Shown piece after piece: positions 1 through 9,247 of a DNA stretch of 64,000 bases. The DNA is taken from assembly GCA_035476635.1 (NCBI GenBank), contig DATILI010000168.1, positions 12,760 to 76,759 of the forward strand, written 5' to 3'. The position numbers were made by a program, and so were the translations under genes. Source of the DNA: Burkholderiaceae bacterium (lineage in GTDB: Bacteria; Pseudomonadota; Gammaproteobacteria; Burkholderiales; Burkholderiaceae_C). Under the pieces are notes generated by a model, which worked only from the letters and a program-made list of their open reading frames with translations, did no database searches and was not told the DNA's origin. Within the stretch, counting starts at the first letter, position 1. Each line of letters opens with the position of its first letter.

Positions 1-266
1 TCGCGGCATTCCAGTCACATCGCAAGATGGGACCGATGGCGTGGCTGCGCCATCAGCGACTGGACGCGGCGCGCGTCGCCCTCGAACGGCCCGTCCGGGA
101 GAACACACGCGTGGCCGACATAGCGATGGAGTTCTGCTTCGCAAACGTAGGCGACTTCGCCGGCGCGTACCGTCAGCACTGCGGTGAGCCGCCTTCCCAA
201 ACGCTTAGGAGGGGGTTCGCGTATCGCAGTTCTGTTAGAAGTGGCCCCGCAGGTGCCGCCTGCTAA
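1..266 (+). CDS. AraC/XylS-family transcriptional regulator, C-terminal HTH portion (5' end outside window)
   Basis: Frame is open from the window edge. ..FQSHRKMGPMAWLRHQRLDAARVAL..VADIAMEFCFANVGDFAGAYRQHCGEPPSQ is a typical AraC second HTH. The tail after PSQTLRR may be altered by the adjacent IS stub. Confidence 0.75.
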   Translation, partial: AAFQSHRKMGPMAWLRHQRLDAARVALERPVRENTRVADIAMEFCFANVGDFAGAYRQHCGEPPSQTLRRGFAYRSSVRSGPAGAAC

Positions 267-305
267 TTTGGTGTTGTCGACACATCAAAGCGCAGGAGGG
301 CAGCC

Positions 306-440
306 ATGGCCGCAGCTCAGTGTATTGAGCGCCTTGGGGCTTGGGAAGGGTATGAGCTGGAGGGCAGCTGGGAGGAGCAGCGCGGCGTTGATGGCCGTGT
401 TCAGGAAGCGGACTCCGTCACCGGGTTGTACGGCGCATGG
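306..440 (+). mobile_element. ISL3-family transposase 5' stub (about 45 codons, decayed and truncated)
   Basis: ATG at 306 follows AGGAGGG. MAAAQCIERLGAWEGYELEGSWEEQRG resembles, from memory, the conserved ISL3 transposase N-terminus (..MESLGGWQGYAVERVEWPEG.. type). Similarity is lost after about 45 codons, and the convergent gene ends at 494. Confidence 0.4.
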
Positions 441-493
441 GTCATGACCTGGTTGGCCAGCACGTGGGTCGCAGCCGAACAAGCCTTAGAAGA

Positions 494-1462
494 TCACTCC
501 GGCTTGATGCCAAGGTCACGCAGCACCTTTCCATAACGCGCGGCGTCTTCCTGGATCTTGCTTGCGAACGTTTCCGGGGAGCCCCCTACCGGTTCGCTGC
601 CGAGTTCCAAGATGCGGGCTTTGACCTCCGGGAGGTCAAAGACTGCCTGCAGTTGCTGGTTGATGCGGCGGACCATGGCCGTGGGCGTTCCCTTCGGGGC
701 CAATATCCCCTGCCATGCGCTCAAGTCAAAGCCGGGGACTGTCTCGGCCATCATCGGCACGCTACTCATCGACCCGCGTTCGCGACGGGTGGCCGCCGTC
801 GCCAACACCTTGACACGTCCGGCCTTCACCTGTTGCTCGGAGGTGGCTACTGTATCGAACAGAATGTCAACCTCGCCGCCGATCAGCGCGTTCATGGCCG
901 GTGCCTGGCCACGGTACGGTACTCGGAGCACCTCCCGGCCAGCGTGGTGCTCGAGCAAGGCACAACCGATCGTGAACACAGACCCAACGGACCCGCACGT
1001 CACGCCGCGAGGCCGCGTCTTGATGAGCGCGAGCAGCTCGGCCGGACTGCGCGCCGGCAAGGACGGATGGACGACCAGTACGGGCGACAGCGTGAGCACC
1101 TGGAACACGGGGGCCAACTCGTCTGGCTGCAGGCTGCCCTTGACCAGGTGCGGGTTGGTAATGAGAACAGAATTGCCGTACAGGAGCGTCTGCCCATCGG
1201 GCTTAGCCCGGGCAACGAATTCGGCGCCGATGTTGCCCGCCGCTCCTGGCTTGTTGTCGACGATGACCGGCTGACCAATGCGGTCGGCGAGCTTCTGAGC
1301 GAGCAGGCGCGAGATCACATCCGTCGGACCGCCGGGCGGGAATGGCACCACCAGGCGGACAGTTCCATTGGGCCAATCCTGCGCAACGGCCGCGGAAGGC
1401 AGCGCCATCGCCGCCATTGCCAGCAGCAGCACGCGGGTCCACCACCGCAAGCGCCCGGTCAT
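494..1462 (-). CDS. Bug/TctC-family periplasmic substrate-binding protein (tripartite tricarboxylate transporter family)
   Basis: ORF 494..1543. Start placed at MTGRLRWW, followed by signal peptide LLLAMAAMALPSAAVA. DWPNGTVRLVVPFPPGGPTDV and VDNKPGAAGNIG are Bug family hallmarks. Confidence 0.9.
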   Translation of the reverse strand: MTGRLRWWTRVLLLAMAAMALPSAAVAQDWPNGTVRLVVPFPPGGPTDVISRLLAQKLADRIGQPVIVDNKPGAAGNIGAEFVARAKPDGQTLLYGNSVLITNPHLVKGSLQPDELAPVFQVLTLSPVLVVHPSLPARSPAELLALIKTRPRGVTCGSVGSVFTIGCALLEHHAGREVLRVPYRGQAPAMNALIGGEVDILFDTVATSEQQVKAGRVKVLATAATRRERGSMSSVPMMAETVPGFDLSAWQGILAPKGTPTAMVRRINQQLQAVFDLPEVKARILELGSEPVGGSPETFASKIQEDAARYGKVLRDLGIKPE

Positions 1463-1596
1463 GTCAGGCCCTGAAAGAAAGAAATCGGCTTCGTGTTTCA
1501 TCGTGTCTCCATGCTTTTTGCCGGATATCAGCATCCGTCGCAAACCCTATTGGATCGCTCAGGGGCTCCCGAGACAAACACGAGTTAATTATTCGC

Positions 1597-2541
1597 TCAT
1601 TTGGCGCGGCTATCAGTCCTACGTCGCAGGCCCCTCGATGGATCAGCCGCTGCGAGTTGGGCCGTGAAGGTCTGAAAGAAAGGTTTGATCGCCTCGCCGG
1701 GGCTGGCGCCTCGACGGGTGATCGCGTAGAAATCCAGCTGCGAATCTGCCGGAGCCATCGGTCGTACCCGAACGCGATATCTCTTGGCGGCATGCGACGC
1801 GAAAGACGGCAACACGGCCTGGCCGTAACCGGCTTCCACCATGGCAATCAGCGTGTGCAGATGGCGAAAGCGCGCCCGCAAGTCGGTGTCCACTCCTTGA
1901 AGGGAGAGACGTTTGTCGACGAATTCCTGAACGGCGTTGTCCGCCGGGAGTGCGAGCATCGGCTGGCCCTGTAATGCCTGCCATGTCGCCGGAGCGCGCG
2001 CTGCGGCACCTGCGGCACGCGCCGCCGGGCTCACCAGCACGAGCCCCACAGTGCGCAGCACCTGGCGCACCAGTGAGGATTTCTCCTCCAGCAGGACACC
2101 CAGGCCAACGTCAACTTCGCTGCTCTCGACCATCGACACGATGCCCGCGCGATCGACGTCGCGCACCGTAACGGAGAGATCCGGATGCGTCTGCCGCAGC
2201 GAAGCCATGACATCCGGCAGGATGCTCGCGCATACCAAGGGCGTCGCAGCAACGGTCAGCGTACGGTCGGCGTCCTGCGTAAGCCGCACGGCTTCCCGCG
2301 TGGCGCCGTCCAGGTCTGCAAGCAGGCGCTGGACGACCGGTAGAAAGCTTCTTCCCGCCGCAGTGAGAGAGACGGTGCGGGTTGTGCGCTCGAAGAGGCG
2401 GCAAGTGAGCTGCTCTTCCATCTCGCGGATCATCAAGCTCAGCCCTGCTTGGGTCATGTGCACCTGTTCGGCGGCGCGCGTGAAACTCGCGAGCCGGGCG
2501 ACGACGACGAAGGCCTTGAGCTGTCGCGTAGTGAGATTCAT
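1597..2541 (-). CDS. LysR-family transcriptional regulator
   Basis: MNLTTRQLKAFVVVARLASFTRAAEQVHMTQAGLSLMIREMEEQL is a LysR N-terminal wHTH. The gene is full length at 314 aa and divergent from the monooxygenase gene. Confidence 0.92.
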   Translation of the reverse strand: MNLTTRQLKAFVVVARLASFTRAAEQVHMTQAGLSLMIREMEEQLTCRLFERTTRTVSLTAAGRSFLPVVQRLLADLDGATREAVRLTQDADRTLTVAATPLVCASILPDVMASLRQTHPDLSVTVRDVDRAGIVSMVESSEVDVGLGVLLEEKSSLVRQVLRTVGLVLVSPAARAAGAAARAPATWQALQGQPMLALPADNAVQEFVDKRLSLQGVDTDLRARFRHLHTLIAMVEAGYGQAVLPSFASHAAKRYRVRVRPMAPADSQLDFYAITRRGASPGEAIKPFFQTFTAQLAAADPSRGLRRRTDSRAK

Positions 2542-2556
2542 AGCAACCCATTATGA
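2538..2556. promoter_or_regulatory. Inverted repeat TCATA-N9-TATGA (candidate LysR T-N11-A type box) in the divergent promoter
   Basis: Read directly as tcatagcaacccattatga. It overlaps the LysR start codon region, between 1597..2541(-) and 2629..3849(+). Confidence 0.25.
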
Positions 2557-2628
2557 GTCGATCAGACACCGAAACTTGTTTTGGCGGTCGTCGCGGGCTT
2601 CAATCGCCTGCATCAAACGGAATCGAAC

Positions 2629-3849
2629 ATGACACAACCTCTCAGCATTGCCGTGGTGGGCGCCGGACTCGGCGGCCTCACGGCGGCCGCCGCGCTGCTG
2701 CGCAGCGGATTTTCGGTGGACATCTACGAACAGGCTTCGCAGCTCGGTGACGTCGGCGCGGGATTGCAGCTCGGCGCCAACGCGGTGCGATGCCTGCAGT
2801 CGCTCGGACTGGCCGAGGACCTGGAGCGCGCGGCGGTGCGTCCTGCTGGCAAACAGGTCCGACTCTGGAGTACTGGCGAGGCGACCCGCCTTTTCGATCT
2901 GGGCGCGACATCGATCAAGGAGTACGGCTTCCCATACCTGATGGTTCACCGAGCCGACCTGCACCAGGTGCTGGTGGCGGCGGTCCGCCGCGCCGCGCCC
3001 GACGCAATCCGCCTGGGGGCGCGATGCGTCGGGGTCGAGCTCGGAGCGGAAGGAGCAGTCCTGTTGACCGCGGACGGCGTGCGTCGCCGTTACGACGCGG
3101 TAGTCGGTGCCGACGGCGTGCACTCGCACATCCGGGCCGCGCTGGGCAACCAGGATTACCCGGCCTTCACGGGCTGTGTGGCCTGGCGGGGCCTCATTCC
3201 GGTGGAGCGGGCGGGCAACTATGCCTCGGACTGCATGGGGACCAACTGGATTGGCCCGGGCGCGCATGTCATTACCTACCCGATTCGTGGCGGTGCCCTG
3301 GTGAACTTCGTCGGCATCGTGGAGCGGTCCGACTGGCAGGTGGAGTCCTGGAATGTTCCGGGCACTATCGAGGAATGCGCGCGGGATTTCGCTGGCTGGC
3401 ATCCGGACGTTCTCAAGCTGATCCATGCCATTGACAAGCCCTATAAATGGGCCCTCATGAGCCGTGCTCCGCTCGCTCGGTGGAGCAAGGGCTGCGCGAC
3501 CCTGTTGGGCGACGCCTGCCATCCGACGCTGCCGTTCCTGGCGCAGGGCGCCGCGATGGCGATCGAAGATGGCATCGTCCTCGCGCGTGCAGTAGCTGCC
3601 AACCCCCATCACCTCCCCAATGCCTTTGCTGCCTACGAGGCAACGCGCCAGGAGCGCACCCGGCGTATCGTCGAGGGGTCGGCTGCCGCCGGGCGCCGCT
3701 TTCACAATCCTGAACTAGGCTCGCCGGAGGGAGCGCGCGCGTACGTGGCACGCGAGTGGAGCGAGGCGCGCGTGCGCGAGCGCTATCAGTGGCTGTTCGA
3801 GTACGACGCGCTCACCACGCCACTAGCCGCCGCGGTGGCCGTAGCATGA
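2629..3849 (+). CDS. FAD-dependent aromatic-ring monooxygenase (salicylate / 3-hydroxybenzoate hydroxylase-like, group A flavoprotein)
   Basis: MTQPLSIAVVGAGLGGLTAAAALL is a GxGxxG dinucleotide fold. DAVVGADGVHSHIR and LLGDACHPTLPFLAQGAAMAIEDG are hallmark motifs. Start taken at ATG 2629 within ORF 2581..3849. Confidence 0.9.
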   Translation: MTQPLSIAVVGAGLGGLTAAAALLRSGFSVDIYEQASQLGDVGAGLQLGANAVRCLQSLGLAEDLERAAVRPAGKQVRLWSTGEATRLFDLGATSIKEYGFPYLMVHRADLHQVLVAAVRRAAPDAIRLGARCVGVELGAEGAVLLTADGVRRRYDAVVGADGVHSHIRAALGNQDYPAFTGCVAWRGLIPVERAGNYASDCMGTNWIGPGAHVITYPIRGGALVNFVGIVERSDWQVESWNVPGTIEECARDFAGWHPDVLKLIHAIDKPYKWALMSRAPLARWSKGCATLLGDACHPTLPFLAQGAAMAIEDGIVLARAVAANPHHLPNAFAAYEATRQERTRRIVEGSAAAGRRFHNPELGSPEGARAYVAREWSEARVRERYQWLFEYDALTTPLAAAVAVA

Positions 3850-4658
3850 GAGCGGCGGCCGGTTCGTCAGGGGACCTGCGTCCCGCCATGCTCTGGGGAC
3901 ATGGTCCGCGCAAGGTTCTGGTGCTCAATGGATGGCTGGGCACGGCATCGCATTGGGAGGAACTGCTGCGCGGGCTTGATCCGGATCTATGGCAGGCGGG
4001 GGTGATGGATTATCGAGGCTACGGTATGCGCCGATCGGTGCCGGGTAGCTCTTTCACGCTGGACGAGGCGGCGCAGGATGCGGTGGCGCTCGCCGACAGC
4101 CTGGGCTGGGACCGTCTGGCACTGATGGGCCACTCGATGGGAGCGATCGCGATGCTGCGCGCTGCGCAGCGGCTGGGTCAGCGGGCCACCTGCCTGCTCG
4201 GCCTCACGCCAGTCTCGCCCTTCGGCTCACGCATGGATGCCGCGCGACGGGAGCACTTCGAGCGCGCCGCGCACGATATCGTGGTCCGTCAGGCCATCGT
4301 GCACGCCTCCGCCGGCAACAACATGCCAGCAAGCTGGTCCGAGCGGGTGGCCGCGCAGTCATGGAATACCAGCGAGCCGGTCGCGGTCGCAGGGTACCTG
4401 GCGCAGTGGTCGGGCGAGCTGGCGGCCGGCCGCGTCGAAACCAAGGTGCACATCGCGCTGGGCGAGTACGACCCCGGCATAACGGAAGCCGCGGTACGCG
4501 GCGGCTGGCTGTCGTTGTACCCGGATGCAAGTCTCACGGTGCTGCGGGGCTGCGGCCACTACCCCATGCTTCAGGCACCCCGGTCGACTGCGGCCTGGGT
4601 GACCGATGCGCTCACTTCCCGACGGCGGGAAGGTGGCGTCCGAGCCAATCCAGCGTGA
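3846..4658 (+). CDS. Alpha/beta-fold hydrolase
   Basis: ATGA start/stop overlap with the monooxygenase gene. KVLVLNGWLG and the nucleophile elbow MGHSMGA are present, with a C-terminal GCGHYPMLQAP. Confidence 0.8.
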   Translation: MRAAAGSSGDLRPAMLWGHGPRKVLVLNGWLGTASHWEELLRGLDPDLWQAGVMDYRGYGMRRSVPGSSFTLDEAAQDAVALADSLGWDRLALMGHSMGAIAMLRAAQRLGQRATCLLGLTPVSPFGSRMDAARREHFERAAHDIVVRQAIVHASAGNNMPASWSERVAAQSWNTSEPVAVAGYLAQWSGELAAGRVETKVHIALGEYDPGITEAAVRGGWLSLYPDASLTVLRGCGHYPMLQAPRSTAAWVTDALTSRRREGGVRANPA

Positions 4659-5081
4659 CCCGGATCAGCTCCGATTCGCCGGAGCCGAAGTGATTGCTGG
4701 ACTCGGGGATGAACAGTTCGCAGTTGTCACCGGCGGCTTGTGCCATGTGCTCGGATTCACTCACCGGGACCACGTCATCGCCGCGTGAGTGGATCACCAG
4801 CAAAGGACGCGGCGCGATGTGCGCCACCACATCCTCCGGGTGGTAAGTCAACATGCTGATGGCTGTCTCGGCCGGAAACTCGAAGACGAAGTTCTTTGGC
4901 AGCCCAGCGCGGTAGTGCTCGGGCAGGTTCACGATGTCGTAGCGGTGCAGCATCCTGGACTGGCCCGTTCGCGCACGGTAGAGCTTGGCTTCCTCGAGCC
5001 GCTCAAGGAACTGCTGCCACTGCGCCTCGTCGCGGTATTGGTAGCGGAACCTCCGGATTGGAACTCGACGAGTTTTTCCAT
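4612..5081 (-). pseudogene. Alpha/beta hydrolase remnant (C-terminal part only; start codon out of frame)
   Basis: The long frame encodes ..PRPLLVIHSRGDDVVPVSESEHMAQAAGDNCELFIPESSNHFG.., the hydrolase acid/His region, but has no GxSxG segment. An AAGGAAAG RBS plus ATG (5081) gives MEKLVEFQSGG in a different frame. AT-rich sequence lies upstream. Confidence 0.5.
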
Positions 5082-5333
5082 AGTTGCTTTCCTTTTGTGT
5101 GTTCAGATGAATTAGATCAACCAGGCGCAAAAAGCACCAACAAGAGTTCGCAATGGATTGATTGGGCGGATCAATAGAACTGCCGTCGGGCTCGAGGGCC
5201 GAGACACTTTTCGATGGCGTCGAAACCAGACGTGCCCTGCACAATCTGGCCCAGGTAGCGTTGAGAAACTCGGTCCTTCGCCGGCCCGGCGCATGCACGC
5301 CAGATGTCCACGGGTTTCACCCAGGCCAGATCG

Positions 5334-6263
5334 TCAGACCGGCTGCTTGAGCCGTTCGATCAGAAAATCGACCAACGCCTTCGTGGCGGGTGACATCAGG
5401 CGGCGCGGGGGATGCTGCAGGACGATCTCGGTGTGGTCGACGTCAGCACCAGCGATCACGTAATTCGACATCACTCGCACCAGCTCGCCGCGAGCCAGCG
5501 GCGCGGCGACGTTGTCGGCTGCTGCCACCGTCAGACCCAGGCCGGCGACAGCGGCATCGACCACGGTTTCCAGCTCGTCCACCACCATCAGGCGCCCGCG
5601 CGGCACAAAGACCTGGGGCTTGCCTGGCTTGGCCTGCCCCACGCGACGGCTGAATTGCCAGCACGCGCGCTGGCTGTTTCTGACGCTGACGCTGATGCAG
5701 TCATGCGCCTCCAGATCCTGGAGCTTTTTTGGCGTACCGCAGCGGGCCAGGTAGGCGGGGCTGGCCACGAGCACCAGAGGCATGATGCACAGGCGGTGCG
5801 CCACCTTGTTGGGCTCGCGCTCCTCGCCCCAGTTGATGCGCACGTCGTAGGCGTGGCGGCTCAGGCCGCGCGCGCCGTCGTGCAGGCTCATCACCATGTC
5901 CACGCGCGGATAACGCGCAAAGAACTCCGGCAGGACAGGCATCACGTTCCTCCGCCCGAAGGCTGTGACGGTCGACAGCCGCACCGTGCCCGTGGCTTCG
6001 CCGTGCACCTGCCGCACGCCGTGCAGGACGCTCTGGATATCGCTGAACGAGGTGTCGAGCTGTTCGAACAACTGACGGCCTTCGTCGGTGAGCTGAAGGC
6101 TGCGGGTGGTGCGAGTGAACAGCCGCATGTCGAGCTTCTTTTCGAGCCTGCCCACGCTCTTGCTCAGCGCGGCCGGGCTTAGCGACAAGGCCTGCGCAGC
6201 GGCGCTCAGACTGCCGAAGCGCGCGACCTGCACGAAGGCCCACAGGGGGCGGAGTTCATCCAT
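5334..6263 (-). CDS. LysR-family transcriptional regulator
   Basis: MDELRPLWAFVQVARFGSLSAAAQALSLSPAALSKSVGRLEKKLDMRLFTRTTRSLQLTDEGRQ. Divergent from the esterase/P450 operon. Confidence 0.92.
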   Translation of the reverse strand: MDELRPLWAFVQVARFGSLSAAAQALSLSPAALSKSVGRLEKKLDMRLFTRTTRSLQLTDEGRQLFEQLDTSFSDIQSVLHGVRQVHGEATGTVRLSTVTAFGRRNVMPVLPEFFARYPRVDMVMSLHDGARGLSRHAYDVRINWGEEREPNKVAHRLCIMPLVLVASPAYLARCGTPKKLQDLEAHDCISVSVRNSQRACWQFSRRVGQAKPGKPQVFVPRGRLMVVDELETVVDAAVAGLGLTVAAADNVAAPLARGELVRVMSNYVIAGADVDHTEIVLQHPPRRLMSPATKALVDFLIERLKQPV

Positions 6264-6287
6264 TGGTCAATAGTTTTCAAGACAAAA

Positions 6288-6307
6288 GGTTAACAGTCAG
6301 TTTAACC
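6288..6307. promoter_or_regulatory. Inverted repeat GGTTAA-N8-TTAACC, candidate LysR operator
   Basis: Read directly as ggttaacagtcagtttaacc, 25 nt upstream of the LysR start (6263), in the 153-nt divergent intergenic region. Confidence 0.35.
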
Positions 6308-6416
6308 GCGATTGACTTCTCTTCGCGACGACGAGTGCCTAAGCTTCGCGCTGACTACAGGCGGGTCGCATCGACGCGTTGATCGGCCCTTGATAAAAAA
6401 CGAGGAGACAAGATTC

Positions 6417-7973
6417 ATGCAGCGCAAAGCAATTACATTCGCGAAAAATATCTGTCTGGCCGCCGCCGTCGGCGCGCTGTTGGCCGCCTGCGGAGGCAGC
6501 AGCGGCGATCCGCTGGTCGTGCGCACAGCCCAAGGCGAGCTCAAGGGCATCGAAGGCGCATCCAGCCTGCAGTACCTGGGCATTCCGTACGCCGCGCCAA
6601 TCACGCCCAGCCTGCGCTGGAAGCCGCCGCAAAGTCCGCTGGCCTGGAGCGGCACGCGCGACGCCAGCAAGTTCGGCAACGTCTGCCCGCAACCCGGCTC
6701 GATCTTCGGCACGCCCAGCACCACCGAAGACTGCCTGGTCTTGAACGTGTACACGCCCAAGGCGGAAGGCACTTATCCGGTGTTCGTGTGGATCCACGGC
6801 GGCGCCCTCACCACCGGCGCGGGCAGCGACTACGATCCTTCCAAGCTGGTCGAGCAGGGAATGACCGTCGTGACGATCAATTACCGCGTCGGCGTGCTCG
6901 GCTTTCTGGCCCATCCTGCCATGACGGCCGAGTCGGCCCAGCACAGCTCGGGCAACTACGGCCTGATGGACCAGCAGGCCGCGCTGGAATGGGTCAAGGC
7001 CAATATCGCCAGCTTCCGCGGGGACGACGGCAACGTCACCATCGCCGGCGAATCGGCGGGCGGGCTCAGTGTGATCATGCAGATGGCGTCGCCGCGCGGC
7101 GCGGGGCTGTTCCACAAGGCGATCGTCCAGAGTGGCGGCTACGCCATGATGCTGCCGCCGCTCTCAGCGGCCGAGGCGTCGGGCACCAACTTCGCCAGCG
7201 TGGCCGGTTGCACGGGCCAGGACCTGGCCTGCCTGCGCGCGCTGTCGATCGATGCCGTGCTGGCCGCGCAAAATGCGACCACGGTCGGCAGTTACGTGCC
7301 CAATGAGGACCCGAATGTCTTGCCGCGCTCACCGGCCGTGGCCTTTGGCAGCGGGAACTACAACAAGGTGCCTAGTTTGCAGGGATCGACTGCCAAGGAA
7401 TACTCGCTGTTTGCCGCCCTCACGGTCGATCCGGCACTCGGACATCCGATCGCCAGCCAAGCCGAGTATCTGGCCGCGCGCGACCCGTTCATCGCCCGCT
7501 ACGGCAAGAGCCCGCCGCAGGTCGATGCGGCCTATCCGGCGTCCGCCTTCGCCACCCTGGCCGACGCTTTCGACGCGATCGGTACCGATGCGCAGTTTGC
7601 CTGCGGCGGGTACGCCGCTGTCCGGCTGACGGCCGCCTCGACGGCGTATATGTATGAATTCGCCGACCCTACCGTGCCGATGTTCATCCCCAACATGCCC
7701 CCGCACAGCTACGGCGCCTATCACGGCAGCGACGTGCCGTATCTGTTCAATTTTGGTGTGCCATTCACGCCAGCGCAGCAAGCGGTGTCCAAAGAGATGG
7801 TGGAGTTCTGGACCCGTTTCGCGAAGAGCGGCAACCCAAACGCAGCGGGCAGCACGGCGTGGCCGGCGTACACGGTGTCCAACGACAGCCATATGTCCTT
7901 GCAGCCAGGTGGCTCGGTCGTTAGCACCCGATTTGCGCAGGATCACCGCTGCGCTTTGTGGAATGCTTCATAA
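6417..7973 (+). CDS. Type-B carboxylesterase/lipase family protein, predicted lipoprotein
   Basis: MQRKAITFAKNICLAAAVGALLAACGG is a lipobox. YLGIPYAAP, VWIHGGAL and GESAGG (the serine nucleophile) are present. GAGGAGA RBS before ATG 6417. Confidence 0.9.
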   Translation: MQRKAITFAKNICLAAAVGALLAACGGSSGDPLVVRTAQGELKGIEGASSLQYLGIPYAAPITPSLRWKPPQSPLAWSGTRDASKFGNVCPQPGSIFGTPSTTEDCLVLNVYTPKAEGTYPVFVWIHGGALTTGAGSDYDPSKLVEQGMTVVTINYRVGVLGFLAHPAMTAESAQHSSGNYGLMDQQAALEWVKANIASFRGDDGNVTIAGESAGGLSVIMQMASPRGAGLFHKAIVQSGGYAMMLPPLSAAEASGTNFASVAGCTGQDLACLRALSIDAVLAAQNATTVGSYVPNEDPNVLPRSPAVAFGSGNYNKVPSLQGSTAKEYSLFAALTVDPALGHPIASQAEYLAARDPFIARYGKSPPQVDAAYPASAFATLADAFDAIGTDAQFACGGYAAVRLTAASTAYMYEFADPTVPMFIPNMPPHSYGAYHGSDVPYLFNFGVPFTPAQQAVSKEMVEFWTRFAKSGNPNAAGSTAWPAYTVSNDSHMSLQPGGSVVSTRFAQDHRCALWNAS

Positions 7974-9233
7974 ATGAGCCAAGATACCACGACGGCAATC
8001 AGGGACGCGGGTCCAGACGCCTCCGCGCACCTGGGCGGGCAAGTGCCCGGCCACATCCCCCCGGAACTGGTGCGCAACATTGACATCTACAACATGCCCG
8101 GCGCCAGCCTGGATGCCCACGCCGCCTGGGCCGACGTCGCGCGCACCCAGCCGGCGGTCTTCTACACGCCCCACCACGGCGGCTACTGGGTGCTCAACCG
8201 CGCAGAGCTGATCGCCACCGCCTTCGAGGACCATGAACGGTTCGCGTCCAGCGGTGCCATTTCTATTCCCGCCACGCCACCGGAGATTCCGCCGCAGCTG
8301 CCCATCATGGCGGACCCGCCGGTGCACCGGTACTTTCGCCAGCCGCTCAACCTGGCCCTTGGGCCCAAGCATGTCAATGCGCTGAGCGAACAAGCACGCG
8401 TGTTGGCGATCGAACTGATCGATGGACTGAAAGCGCGCGGCGAATGCGAGTTCATGGCGGACTTCGCGATGCATTTGCCGATGACCATCTTCCTGCACAT
8501 GGTCGAGCTGCCGTTGTCCGACCGCGAGTGGTTGATCTCGCGCGTCGAAGTCATGCCGCGCGCGGTCGATCAGGCGGAGCGCTTGCGGGCCTATCGCGAG
8601 ATCGTGGGCTACCTGGACGCGGTGGTTCGGCGCAGAGCACTCGAGCCGGGACAAGACCTGATCAGCCGCATCCTGCAGGTCAAGGTGGGAGACCGGCCGA
8701 TCACCCACGAAGAGGCGCTCAGCGAGGCCGCGCTGTCGCTGTTCGGCGGCCTGGATACCGTGGCGGGCACGATGGGATTTTTCGCCCGGTTCCTGGCTGA
8801 ACATCCGTCGCACCGCAAGCAACTGGTGGACGACCCCAGTTTGATTCCGCGTGCGGTGGACGAGCTGTTGCGTCGGTTCGCCATTCCGTCCGTCGCGCGC
8901 CGGGTGGCGCAAGACATGGAGTTCGGAGGCGTCTCGATGAAGGCCAACGATCTGGTCATCCTCACGACTTCCTTGCATGGGCTGGATCCCCATGCGTGGA
9001 ACGATGCCACGCAGGTGGACTTCCAACGCCCCGGCAGTGACATCCTGACCTTTGGCCGAGGCGTTCACAAATGCCCCGGGTTGACCTTGGCCCGCGCCGA
9101 ACTGCGCATCTTCCTGGAAGAGTGGCTGGCGCGCATCCCTGACTTTTGCATTGCTCCGGGTCGTCAGCCCCTCACTGCGGGCGGCAATGTCATCGGGATG
9201 CTCGCGTTGCCGCTCGTTTGGCCGGTTCATTGA
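7974..9233 (+). CDS. Cytochrome P450 (P450cam/CYP101-like by C-terminal similarity)
   Basis: I-helix LFGGLDTV and heme loop FGRGVHKCPGLTLA. The C-terminus EEWLARIPDFCIAPG...LPLVWP recalls P450cam RIPDFSIAPG...LPLVW. The gene starts one base after the esterase stop. Confidence 0.93.
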   Translation: MSQDTTTAIRDAGPDASAHLGGQVPGHIPPELVRNIDIYNMPGASLDAHAAWADVARTQPAVFYTPHHGGYWVLNRAELIATAFEDHERFASSGAISIPATPPEIPPQLPIMADPPVHRYFRQPLNLALGPKHVNALSEQARVLAIELIDGLKARGECEFMADFAMHLPMTIFLHMVELPLSDREWLISRVEVMPRAVDQAERLRAYREIVGYLDAVVRRRALEPGQDLISRILQVKVGDRPITHEEALSEAALSLFGGLDTVAGTMGFFARFLAEHPSHRKQLVDDPSLIPRAVDELLRRFAIPSVARRVAQDMEFGGVSMKANDLVILTTSLHGLDPHAWNDATQVDFQRPGSDILTFGRGVHKCPGLTLARAELRIFLEEWLARIPDFCIAPGRQPLTAGGNVIGMLALPLVWPVH

Positions 9234-9247
9234 AATAGGAGACAGAC

